A DNA stretch of 12,567 nt from Sulfurimonadaceae bacterium (lineage in GTDB: Bacteria; Campylobacterota; Campylobacteria; Campylobacterales; Sulfurimonadaceae). The notes beneath the pieces were generated by a model. It was not told where the DNA came from. It ran no database searches and saw only the letters and a list, made by a program, of their open reading frames with translations. Positions 1 through 8,142 of this stretch are shown piece by piece. Position 1 is the stretch's first letter; the number at the start of each line of letters is the position of its first letter. The stretch spans positions 1-12,567 of the forward strand of contig JBFESZ010000060.1 in NCBI GenBank assembly GCA_041548245.1, written 5' to 3'. The translations under genes and the position numbers were made by a program.

Positions 1-4
1 TACC

Positions 5-10
5 TATAAT
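5..10 (+). promoter_or_regulatory. sigma70 -10 box (TATAAT) for the tRNA
   Basis: Perfect TATAAT at 5-10, 17 nt upstream of the mature tRNA 5' end; any upstream element lies outside the window. Confidence 0.6.
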
Positions 11-27
11 TTCGACCTCTTAAACAT

Positions 28-102
28 TCCGGATTAGCTCAGCGGTAGAGTAGGTGACTGTTAATCACTTGGTCACTGGTTCGAATCCAGTATCCGGAGC
101 CA
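28..102 (+). tRNA. tRNA-Asn (anticodon GTT)
   Basis: Full cloverleaf: acceptor TCCGGAT/ATCCGGA, D-arm GCTC-AGCGGTA-GAGT, anticodon arm GGTGA-CTGTTAA-TCACT (GTT at 60-62), T-arm ACTGG-TTCGAAT-CCAGT, discriminator G and encoded CCA (100-102). Confidence 0.98.
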
Positions 103-291
103 CTTTGATTTAACCTCTTAACAATATACATTTCAAAACATTAGACTTTTACGGTAGCTATGTAGTAGCTGTTTTTACATTATCTTCCGTCCAATGGAAA
201 TTTTCTCACCTCTTTGTCACCTTACTTTAAAAAATATCAACCCTTGTAAAAATGAACTTTTTTGCTATAAATGCCAACTTCTAGCAAAATA

Positions 292-300
292 TGCTACTAT
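292..300 (+). promoter_or_regulatory. Putative extended -10 promoter (TGcTACTAT) for the GAF hybrid kinase
   Basis: TGn-TAnnnT element 43 nt upstream of ATG 344, and AGGA RBS at 333-336. A second, weaker TGcTATAAA lies at 263-271. Confidence 0.4.
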
Positions 301-343
301 ACAAACAGATGATTCAATGGGACTCAGATAATAGGACTTTGCT

Positions 344-2062
344 ATGGACTATACAAACCTTTATGACATTGGTATAAATAAACCTTCCATACCCAAACGA
401 ATATATGACAATTGGCAAACGATTGTTGATTCACTGGCAACTATTGCCGATGTCCCCTCCGCACTGATTATGCATGTCCTACCAACGTCTATAGAGGTCG
501 CCAGCAGTTCTAAAACACAACCTGAAAACAACCCCTACAGAGTTGCAGCATCAGAAGAATTGGGTTGTGGTCTTTATTGTGAAACTGTGATCAGAGAGAA
601 ACATGAACTCTATGTGCCCAATGCACTTAAAGATAAACATTGGAAAGACAACCCAGATATCAAGCTTAATATGATCAGCTATTATGGCCAACCTTTGCTT
701 TGGCCTGATGGCAAGATATACGGGACAATCTGTATACTAGATTCCAAAGACCTGCCCCTTTCCGACACTGTCAAAACCCTATTGGGAATCTTTCGCAAGA
801 GCATCGAGAACGATCTTGAATTATTGGAGTACACCCTTCATAAAGAGGTCGCTCTCAAAACTGAGATAGAGCAGAAAAACCAGGCCCTTTATGCCGCTGC
901 ACAAATCAGTATTGAGCTTGAAGAGTCTCAGGCTGAAGCACACAGAGCGAACTCCGCTAAATCAACTTTTTTAGCCAATATGAGTCATGAAATCAGAACC
1001 CCTCTGAACGCTATTATCGGGTTTGTCAACCTTTTGAAAAAAGAGAGTGAAGGAAGAAAAAAATCCCTTGAGTATATAAATATCATAGAGAACTCCAGCC
1101 ATACACTTTTGTATACGCTCGAGGAGATTTTAGACTTTTCAAAAATCGAAAGTGGTAAACTGACAATAGACCCTATCAATTTCAACCTAAAAGACCACCT
1201 TGGGGGTATTACCAATCTGTTTAATGCCAAATGTCTGGAAAAGAACATCAATCTTCTACTTACATTTGAGGACAACCTGCCAGAAGAGATCAACAGCGAC
1301 CCTCACCGAATCAAACAGGTCATATCAAATCTTCTAAGCAATGCCATAAAGTTTACCCCAGAAAACAAAAGCATAGAGGTCACAATAGGGTTTCAAGACA
1401 ACCAATTGAAAGTCAGTGTACAAGACCAGGGAAAAGGAATAGCACAAGACAAGCTCGCTCATATCTTTGAAGCTTTCTCTCAAGAAGACAATTCAACAAC
1501 ACGAGAATACGGCGGAACAGGCCTTGGACTGACGATTTGTAATGAGATCATACGGCTTTTAGGCGGTGAAACTATCATGGTCAAAAGTGAACTTGGCGTA
1601 GGAAGCAATTTTTCTTTTGAAATCCCTGTCAAAACAGTAAACTCAACTCCTATAAAACAAGAAAAAACCAATGCATTTGAGCTTTTTGACAAAAAGGTTC
1701 TTGTCGTTGAGGACAACCAGTCTAATCAACTTTTTATCAAAATTTTACTTGAAGATATGAATGTTGAATGCGACCTTGCCAATGACGGACTCGAAGCCAT
1801 CGAGATGTTCAAAACCGGGAGCTATGACGCCGTTTTCATGGATGAAAATATGCCTAATATGAGCGGTATTGAAGCCACCAGACATATTTTAGACTATGAA
1901 AAAGAGACAAACCTCCCACACACTCCTATCATTGCACTAACAGCTAACGCCCTTAAAGGTGATAGAGAAAGATTTTTAAGTGCAGGTATGGACGAATTCC
2001 TGAGCAAACCATTAGAGATACAAACATTGAATATGACACTATCAAAAATTTTTAAAAAATAA
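344..2062 (+). CDS. Cytoplasmic hybrid sensor histidine kinase (GAF-HisKA-HATPase_c-REC)
   Basis: 572 aa with no TM segment. N-terminal GAF (WQTIVD..A....VPSALIM, GLYCETV, VPNA, SYYGQPLLWPDG..YGTICILD). H-box [17 protein letters not shown]-box [11 protein letters not shown]1 DQGKGI, G2 GGTGLGL. Receiver VLVVEDN...FMDENMP...TANA...KP. Confidence 0.95.
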   Translation: MDYTNLYDIGINKPSIPKRIYDNWQTIVDSLATIADVPSALIMHVLPTSIEVASSSKTQPENNPYRVAASEELGCGLYCETVIREKHELYVPNALKDKHWKDNPDIKLNMISYYGQPLLWPDGKIYGTICILDSKDLPLSDTVKTLLGIFRKSIENDLELLEYTLHKEVALKTEIEQKNQALYAAAQISIELEESQAEAHRANSAKSTFLANMSHEIRTPLNAIIGFVNLLKKESEGRKKSLEYINIIENSSHTLLYTLEEILDFSKIESGKLTIDPINFNLKDHLGGITNLFNAKCLEKNINLLLTFEDNLPEEINSDPHRIKQVISNLLSNAIKFTPENKSIEVTIGFQDNQLKVSVQDQGKGIAQDKLAHIFEAFSQEDNSTTREYGGTGLGLTICNEIIRLLGGETIMVKSELGVGSNFSFEIPVKTVNSTPIKQEKTNAFELFDKKVLVVEDNQSNQLFIKILLEDMNVECDLANDGLEAIEMFKTGSYDAVFMDENMPNMSGIEATRHILDYEKETNLPHTPIIALTANALKGDRERFLSAGMDEFLSKPLEIQTLNMTLSKIFKK

Positions 2063-2155
2063 ACAATCATACATAGAATAGACACCATCTCTACCATGCA
2101 CTTTCGAAAGTACTTTTAATCCCTTTTACTTCATCTATCTTTTATAAAACTTAGT

Positions 2156-2161
2156 TAGAAT
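2156..2161 (+). promoter_or_regulatory. Putative -10 box (TAGAAT) for the DUF3050 gene
   Basis: TAGAAT preceded by phased T-tracts (about 2113-2143), the promoter style known from Campylobacterota; 26 nt before ATG 2188. Confidence 0.3.
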
Positions 2162-2178
2162 TCATACCAAAAAAAGAA

Positions 2179-2979
2179 GTGATCATCATGACGATTTTTC
2201 CCCTAGAAAATGTAAAAAAACTACGAAAAAAGCTTGCGACTCATCCTGTTTATGCAGCCATCTCGGATATACAGGACTTGACAATATTCATGCAACACCA
2301 TGTCTACTCGGTATGGGACTTCATGTCTTTGGTCAAATATCTTCAAAATCAGATTGCACCGGCTAAAACACCGTGGATTCCATACGGCGATGCACACGTT
2401 CAACGTTTTATTAATGATATCGTTCTCGAAGAGGAGTCAGATGAAGGCCTGCCACTCGAAGACGGTACACCCACATATACAAGTCATTTCAATCTTTATG
2501 CTCAGGCTATGGAAGAGGTAAAAGAAGGAAGCAGTAATCTTATTCATCAGTTTGTTGAAAAAGTAGCTACCCATTCTTTGGAGACAGCAATGAACACAAC
2601 ACCGATCCCTTCGGCTGCACAAGAATTCATGGAAACGACTTTTGATTTCATACACAGTGATAAACCACATGTGATTGCAGCGGCATTCGCCCTGGGGAGA
2701 GAACACATCATCCCTGAAATGTTCCGTGCATTGCTTGAAAAGATGCAGATATCACAAAATGAAGCCAAAGTCTTTCATTACTATCTGGATCGTCATATCC
2801 AACTTGACGGAGATCATCATGGACCGATGTCTTTGCGTATGTTAGAACTCTTATGTGAAGGGAACAAGCTTAAAATTTCTGAGGCTGAAGAAGCCGCTTT
2901 GCAGGCGATAAGGGCAAGAATAAAGTTTTGGGATGGTGTCCTGTTGGCAATAGAAAACAATAAAAAAATATCCGCCTAA
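2179..2979 (+). CDS. DUF3050-family protein, heme-oxygenase-like diiron oxidase (HDO) fold
   Basis: 266 aa from GTG 2179; ATG 2188 is an equally likely start. Family motifs HPVY..I....DL..FMQHHVYSVWDFMSL.K.LQ, PW.P, RFINDIVLEEESD, SHF..Y..AM, AAAFALGRE..IP.MF, YYLDRHIQLDGDHHGP, R..FWD. Confidence 0.85.
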   Translation: MIIMTIFPLENVKKLRKKLATHPVYAAISDIQDLTIFMQHHVYSVWDFMSLVKYLQNQIAPAKTPWIPYGDAHVQRFINDIVLEEESDEGLPLEDGTPTYTSHFNLYAQAMEEVKEGSSNLIHQFVEKVATHSLETAMNTTPIPSAAQEFMETTFDFIHSDKPHVIAAAFALGREHIIPEMFRALLEKMQISQNEAKVFHYYLDRHIQLDGDHHGPMSLRMLELLCEGNKLKISEAEEAALQAIRARIKFWDGVLLAIENNKKISA

Positions 2980-3003
2980 AAGCCTACACATCCATAACTT
3001 CTC

Positions 3004-3050
3004 GAGGAGCTGCTTTGAGCTACTATATAGCTTAAGCAGGTCTCTTTATT
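3004..3050 (+). terminator. Probable intrinsic terminator after the DUF3050 gene
   Basis: Hairpin CTGCTT(T)GAGCTA-ctata-TAGCTTAAGCAG (3010-3039) extended by GAGGA/TCTC and followed by TTTATT; starts about 25 nt after stop 2979. Confidence 0.55.
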
Positions 3051-3155
3051 GATAATCAAAGCATCACAAAAAAAATTTGACTACTATCTACACTTGTTCC
3101 TATCTTAATCAAAATATCTACTCATCACTCTCAAGTAAACATCCTGAATAGAATG

Positions 3156-3164
3156 TGATACAAT
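3156..3164 (+). promoter_or_regulatory. Extended -10 promoter (TGaTACAAT) for the kinase-HD-GYP-porin-PBP operon
   Basis: TGn + TACAAT about 105 nt upstream of ATG 3269 in an AT-rich intergenic region. Confidence 0.5.
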
Positions 3165-3268
3165 CGACAAAGAATATAAAGAGGTATTATAAGTTTACCT
3201 CTGGATTAGTCATGCCGTCTCAATAAAGATCAAAGGTTCATACCCTAATTTAACACTAAAGTCTAAAT

Positions 3269-6010
3269 ATGCAGCTACGTCAAGTCACCAACTTTTCCTC
3301 TTTTGTCGTCATATCCACTTCGGTATTCAGTCTTTTTCTGCTTTGGATGGTCTATAAGACCCATCAAGATGATAACGTCGCACAAACAAGTCGTCAGCAA
3401 TCGATTCAAATCGTCAATGATTTCCGTATCAATATGCTAGAGCTAAATCGCTTGGTCAAGAGCTATATCGCTACCGCCGATCCCAAATATCTCATCTACT
3501 ATTATGACCTCCTTGCTATTAATGACGGGACTAAAAAAGAACCCGAGCTCTATAACTCATCTGACTACTGGTTTGCTGTTATCGCAGGGAAAATAGAGCA
3601 CAAAATCTCTGCAGGAGATGGTGTCTCCATCGAACAAAAAATGAAAAATGAAGGCTTTTCACAAGACGAACTCAAAGAGTTGCACAAGGTCCTTCAAATC
3701 TCTGAAAAACTAAAAAAACTTGATCAGATAGCCTTTGCCGCTACGCAAGGACTTTATGACGCAAAAACAAAGAAGTTCATCGATGACGGAAATCCCGACC
3801 TTCAATACGCCTCACAGCTAATCTACAGCAAAGAATATATCGCTTTAAAAGCACAGCTTTACAATGCCATCGCCACCCTGATCGACATGACACAAACACG
3901 AACACGGACGATGATGGAACAAGCTGATGCCCAAGTAAAAAAATGGCTTATTATTTTTATCCTTTTTATGGGTTTTACCACATTCATCATCGTCAGCTCC
4001 TTTATCGCTATTCGAAAATTCATACTCAAGCCCCTTGAAGTCATCACCCAAGCAGTCCAAAGGATCACAAACGGAGACTACTCCTTTCACCTGAATGCAA
4101 CCCACTGGTTGCAGGAGCTTTCCCAGCTCGCTTCGACATTTAATACTATGGCCAGTGTTATCTCCACCGAGATTGAAAATAGAGAACGCAATAAATTGGA
4201 GCTTGAAAAAGCCAAAGAAACTGCCGAAGATGCCACTAGAACAAAATCCATCTTCCTTGCCAACATGTCGCATGAGATAAGAACCCCAATGAATGCTATT
4301 ATAGGAATGTCCTACCTGGCCTTGCAAACGGATCTCAATCCGAAACAAAAAGAGTTTATCGAACAGGTCAATATCGCTGCGAAATCCCTATTGGGTATCA
4401 TCAATGACATCCTCGACTTCTCTAAGATAGAAGCCGGTAAGATGGTAATTGAAAGCACCCCTTTTCAACTGAGACAGCTGCTTAACGAACTGATTGCCAT
4501 GCACAAGGTTCAAAGTAACAGTAAAAACATTGAGCTGATCTTTGATACCCATGATATTATCCTTAATGAAGATGCCCCCTACATCATAAGTGACAGATTA
4601 CGTCTTTCCCAGATCGTAAACAATCTGCTCTCCAACGCAATCAAATTTACCTCATCAGGGTCTGTAAAACTAGATGTGACATCTTCAAAACTTGCCAGCA
4701 ACCAGATAAATCTTTGCATCAATGTTCAAGACAGCGGTATTGGTATGAGCGAAGAGCAGCTGAAAAAGCTTTTTCAGGAATTCACGCAGATGGATGACTC
4801 TACCAGTAGGAAATATGGAGGAACAGGATTAGGGCTGGCCATCAGCAAAAATCTGGCCCGTCTTATGGGAGGCGATTTAACTGCGACAAGTATAGAGTCT
4901 CAGGGGAGCACCTTTACCCTGAAACTGTCATTACCTGTAACAACGGAAATAGAAAAAGAGCAACTAGAAACAGCCCAACCAAAAGCATCTGATCACAGTA
5001 TCCTCAATGGCATCCGTCTGCTTCTGGTCGAAGACAACCTGATGAACCAAAAGCTTGCCATCGAGCTCTTAAAAGACAAAGGCATCGACATCATCATTGC
5101 AAATAATGGGCAAGAGGCCGTTGATACCATCTTTAACAACCAAGCGGACTTTTTTGACATTATACTTATGGATATACAGATGCCCGTAATGAATGGTCAT
5201 GAAGCGACCATGAAAATAAGAGAGAATCCGAAGTATCAATCGCTGCCAATCATAGCAATGACCGCCAGCGTACTCAGTGAAGAGATCAATCAGTATATAC
5301 AAGAAGGCATGCAAGATCATATCGGTAAGCCTATAGAACCGGACGAACTCTTTGAAACTGTTGCTAAATATGCCAGACATAGGAGTCTTGAACAAACAAT
5401 TGAAATACAGCCTGAAAGTAAAAACGATATCACTATCAGCGGTTTGGACACAAACAAAGGCTTAAAATATGCAGCAAACAAAAAGGAGCTCTATATGCAG
5501 GTCCTACAGGAGTTTGTCCTTCAGTTCGAACACTTTGAAGAACAGATCAAAACACTGCTTCAGCGAGATGACATGGATACAGCACAAAGAGTCACACACA
5601 CCTTAAAGGGAATGCTAGGAAGTATAGGGGATACACATTTACATCCCAAAGCAGCGCAACTGGAAAGCTATTTTAAAGATAAAGATGTCCAGTCAGCCTT
5701 AAAAAGTTTGGATGAGTTTAAGAGTGCATTGGATATATTGATAGTTGAACTCAAAAGATTTTTGAATGACTTTAATCATAAGAAGGATGAAAAAGCTGTT
5801 CCGGCTGAAACAGATTTACGATGGCTGGATGATTGTCTAAAAGGGCTCAAAGAGAATAGTTTTAGTTCAATTGAGCTGTGGAACACAAACAAAGATTCAC
5901 TATGTTCAGTCATGACGGAACATGAGATTTCAACTATCTCAAAACTACTTTCAGATTTTGATTTTGAAAAAGCTCTGACAATTCTAGAAAAGGCAAAGCG
6001 TGATGTATAA
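3269..6010 (+). CDS. Membrane-bound unorthodox hybrid histidine kinase (TM-periplasmic sensor-TM-HAMP-HisKA-HATPase_c-REC-Hpt)
   Basis: 913 aa. TM1 about aa 10-29, about 195-aa periplasmic helical domain, TM2 [45 protein letters not shown]...[13 protein letters not shown]-box [57 protein letters not shown]. Hpt [12 protein letters not shown]. Confidence 0.95.
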   Translation: MQLRQVTNFSSFVVISTSVFSLFLLWMVYKTHQDDNVAQTSRQQSIQIVNDFRINMLELNRLVKSYIATADPKYLIYYYDLLAINDGTKKEPELYNSSDYWFAVIAGKIEHKISAGDGVSIEQKMKNEGFSQDELKELHKVLQISEKLKKLDQIAFAATQGLYDAKTKKFIDDGNPDLQYASQLIYSKEYIALKAQLYNAIATLIDMTQTRTRTMMEQADAQVKKWLIIFILFMGFTTFIIVSSFIAIRKFILKPLEVITQAVQRITNGDYSFHLNATHWLQELSQLASTFNTMASVISTEIENRERNKLELEKAKETAEDATRTKSIFLANMSHEIRTPMNAIIGMSYLALQTDLNPKQKEFIEQVNIAAKSLLGIINDILDFSKIEAGKMVIESTPFQLRQLLNELIAMHKVQSNSKNIELIFDTHDIILNEDAPYIISDRLRLSQIVNNLLSNAIKFTSSGSVKLDVTSSKLASNQINLCINVQDSGIGMSEEQLKKLFQEFTQMDDSTSRKYGGTGLGLAISKNLARLMGGDLTATSIESQGSTFTLKLSLPVTTEIEKEQLETAQPKASDHSILNGIRLLLVEDNLMNQKLAIELLKDKGIDIIIANNGQEAVDTIFNNQADFFDIILMDIQMPVMNGHEATMKIRENPKYQSLPIIAMTASVLSEEINQYIQEGMQDHIGKPIEPDELFETVAKYARHRSLEQTIEIQPESKNDITISGLDTNKGLKYAANKKELYMQVLQEFVLQFEHFEEQIKTLLQRDDMDTAQRVTHTLKGMLGSIGDTHLHPKAAQLESYFKDKDVQSALKSLDEFKSALDILIVELKRFLNDFNHKKDEKAVPAETDLRWLDDCLKGLKENSFSSIELWNTNKDSLCSVMTEHEISTISKLLSDFDFEKALTILEKAKRDV

Positions 6011-7088
6011 CACAAAAGACAGTGTTTTAATCGTAGATGACACTCCGGCCAATGTTAAAGTTCTGGCAAACCTTTTAACAGACTCTTATGATGTAAAGAT
6101 TGCGAACAATGGCATCAAATGTCTGGAACTGGTGTCTAAATTCAGACCTGACATTATCCTTCTTGACGTCATGATGCCTGAACTAGACGGATGGGAAACC
6201 TGCAAAATCCTCAAGAGCGATCCAAAGAACAAAGATATTCCCATCATCTTTTTGACCGCTAAAAACAGTGTTGAAGATGAAGAACATGGCTTAGCCCTCG
6301 GTGCTGTTGACTTTATTAGCAAACCGATCAGTCCTCCCATAGTTAAAGCCCGGGTCAATACCCACCTGCAAAACAAAAAATATCAGGACTTTTTACGCGA
6401 TAAATCAGAATGGCTGGAGCAGGAGGTCGATCGTAAACTTTACCAGATCAACCAATTACAATATGCAACTATATCCGTTATGGTCTCTTTGGCAGAATTT
6501 AGAGATGAATGCACCGGTCTTCATATCAAAAGGACACAGACCTTTGTCGAAACCCTTGCCAAAGAGATGTCAGAACTACCTAAATATGCCGACTTTTTAA
6601 CCCCAGAGTATATCAATAAACTGGTCAAATCAACCCCCCTACATGATATAGGAAAGATCTCAATTCCCGATGAGATCCTATTAAAACCCGGAAAATTGAC
6701 GGATGATGAAATGCATATCATGAAAACACATGCCCAGAAGGGAGCCGATATACTTTTAGAGGCACAAAGATATCTCGAAGAGGACTCGGACTTTTTGCAG
6801 ATAGCTATTGAAATTGCGGGGTCCCATCATGAAAAATATAACGGGACTGGCTATCCGAAAGGACTTGCAGGGGACGCTATACCGCTTGCAGCGCGTTTAA
6901 TGGCTGTTGCTGATGTCTACGATGCCCTTACCACCGAGCGACCTTACAAAAAAGCTTTTTCTCATGAAAAAGCAATGGATATTATACTTCCAGACAGCGG
7001 TTCTCATTTTGACCCTGAGGTCATCGATGCTCTGTTAAAAAACCAGGACGAATTTCAATACATAGCCAGAAGGTTTAAAGATGCCTAA
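6003..7088 (+). CDS. Response regulator with HD-GYP domain (RpfG-like c-di-GMP phosphodiesterase)
   Basis: REC (VLIVDD, LLDVMMP, FLTA, KP) plus HD-GYP motifs [44 protein letters not shown] 6003 (GTG 6000 alternative) overlaps the kinase stop as ATGTATAA. Confidence 0.95.
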   Translation: MYNTKDSVLIVDDTPANVKVLANLLTDSYDVKIANNGIKCLELVSKFRPDIILLDVMMPELDGWETCKILKSDPKNKDIPIIFLTAKNSVEDEEHGLALGAVDFISKPISPPIVKARVNTHLQNKKYQDFLRDKSEWLEQEVDRKLYQINQLQYATISVMVSLAEFRDECTGLHIKRTQTFVETLAKEMSELPKYADFLTPEYINKLVKSTPLHDIGKISIPDEILLKPGKLTDDEMHIMKTHAQKGADILLEAQRYLEEDSDFLQIAIEIAGSHHEKYNGTGYPKGLAGDAIPLAARLMAVADVYDALTTERPYKKAFSHEKAMDIILPDSGSHFDPEVIDALLKNQDEFQYIARRFKDA

Positions 7089-8133
7089 AAAACCAGCAAT
7101 CTATCAAATAAACAGACCCATAATTGCACTGCTATTGTTCTCAGCCAGTCTCTTTGCAATCGATACGAAGGTTTCAGGGTTTGCGACACTGGGGGCAACT
7201 ATCTCCAATAAAGATTACACCTATGAAAAATATGTTGATGACTCAGGAACGTTGCGAAGGGATACTCTGGCCGGTTTACAGTTGGATACCATCTTTAATG
7301 AGCAATTGGGTGCGACCATTCAGGGAAAAATCGCACAATCGCAAGAAAATGATGATCATTTCGAGCCTACTCTACCATGGGCTTTTTTATCGTACAGACC
7401 TGCCAATCACTGGTTGATTCGTGCAGGAAAAGTTCGTATCCCCTACTATCTGAACTCTCAAAACCAAGATGTCGGGGTTACCTATGATAATGCCACGCTT
7501 CCTAAAGAGGTCTATAATCTCAGCCCTTATGATAACGGTACCGGAGGGATTGTAACCAAAACGTTCAATGTGGAATCAGCCTCTGTTGATCTTGATCTTT
7601 TCTATATCCATCTGGATATCACGACAAGACAATATATCACGGGAATCGGACCGATATTTACGACATTCGATCTTGATGTCAAAGGGACTGCTCTTACCTG
7701 TGAAACAGATGAGAATAATGTTTTTAGAGGAGGGTATTATCATACATCTGTCTCTGGCCTAAATATCGATATCCTTACCTTGGGTATGGACTATAACTTT
7801 CAAGACAAATGGCGATTAATGAGTGAATACACCGGAGTCAAAATAGAAAAATTTGACAACTACCATGCCGGCTACGTATCAGTTTTAAAATCAATGGATA
7901 ATTGGACGCCCTATATTACCTATGCCTTTGCACAGCCTTGGGATACAGGCAGGGAAAGTATTGCCGTGGGGACTTCTTATAGTATAAACTATTTACAGAA
8001 GCTAAAAGCGGAGCTTAAATATACGAGACTGGGGAATAACCCCTATCAACTAATCGATATCGAACTGCCATCTAATAATTATGCCTATGAGACACCGACG
8101 CTTTTCTCATTTTCATATAATATAGCATTTTAA
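7081..8133 (+). CDS. Putative outer-membrane beta-barrel (porin-like) protein
   Basis: 350 aa. Signal peptide ending SLFA, first strand KVSGFATLG, many alternating amphipathic strands (GLQLD, WAFLSY, IRAGK.RIP, GYVSV, TPYITYA, VGTSY, LKAELKY). C-terminal BAM-type signal FSFSYNIAF. 8-bp overlap ATGCCTAA with the HD-GYP gene. Confidence 0.8.
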   Translation: MPKKPAIYQINRPIIALLLFSASLFAIDTKVSGFATLGATISNKDYTYEKYVDDSGTLRRDTLAGLQLDTIFNEQLGATIQGKIAQSQENDDHFEPTLPWAFLSYRPANHWLIRAGKVRIPYYLNSQNQDVGVTYDNATLPKEVYNLSPYDNGTGGIVTKTFNVESASVDLDLFYIHLDITTRQYITGIGPIFTTFDLDVKGTALTCETDENNVFRGGYYHTSVSGLNIDILTLGMDYNFQDKWRLMSEYTGVKIEKFDNYHAGYVSVLKSMDNWTPYITYAFAQPWDTGRESIAVGTSYSINYLQKLKAELKYTRLGNNPYQLIDIELPSNNYAYETPTLFSFSYNIAF

Positions 8134-8142
8134 GGAGCTTGT

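Noticed and set aside
2085-2120. TTCGAAAG resembling part of a c-di-GMP-I riboswitch P2 loop
   Set aside because: The flanking GCAAACC and GGGACGCAAA-type conserved segments and the second stem are absent.
3085-3121. TATCTAC repeated at 3085 and 3115 with TATCTT at 3101
   Set aside because: Short, irregularly spaced and in low-complexity AT-rich DNA; cannot be distinguished from chance.
961-4310. Nucleotide similarity between the H-box regions at about 965-1020 and about 4250-4306
   Set aside because: Explained by conserved [12 protein letters not shown] protein motifs with many synonymous differences; not a DNA repeat or recent duplication.
985-6721. Short antisense or alternate-frame ORFs in the track (985-1293, 1480-1716, 1894-2097, 2221-2403, 2300-2521, 2437-2706, 2547-2768, 3845-4348, 3859-4068, 4095-4280, 5069-5395, 5776-6015, 6086-6376, 6521-6721)
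   Set aside because: All lie within or almost wholly within well-supported genes, show no recognisable motifs, and look like shadow ORFs.
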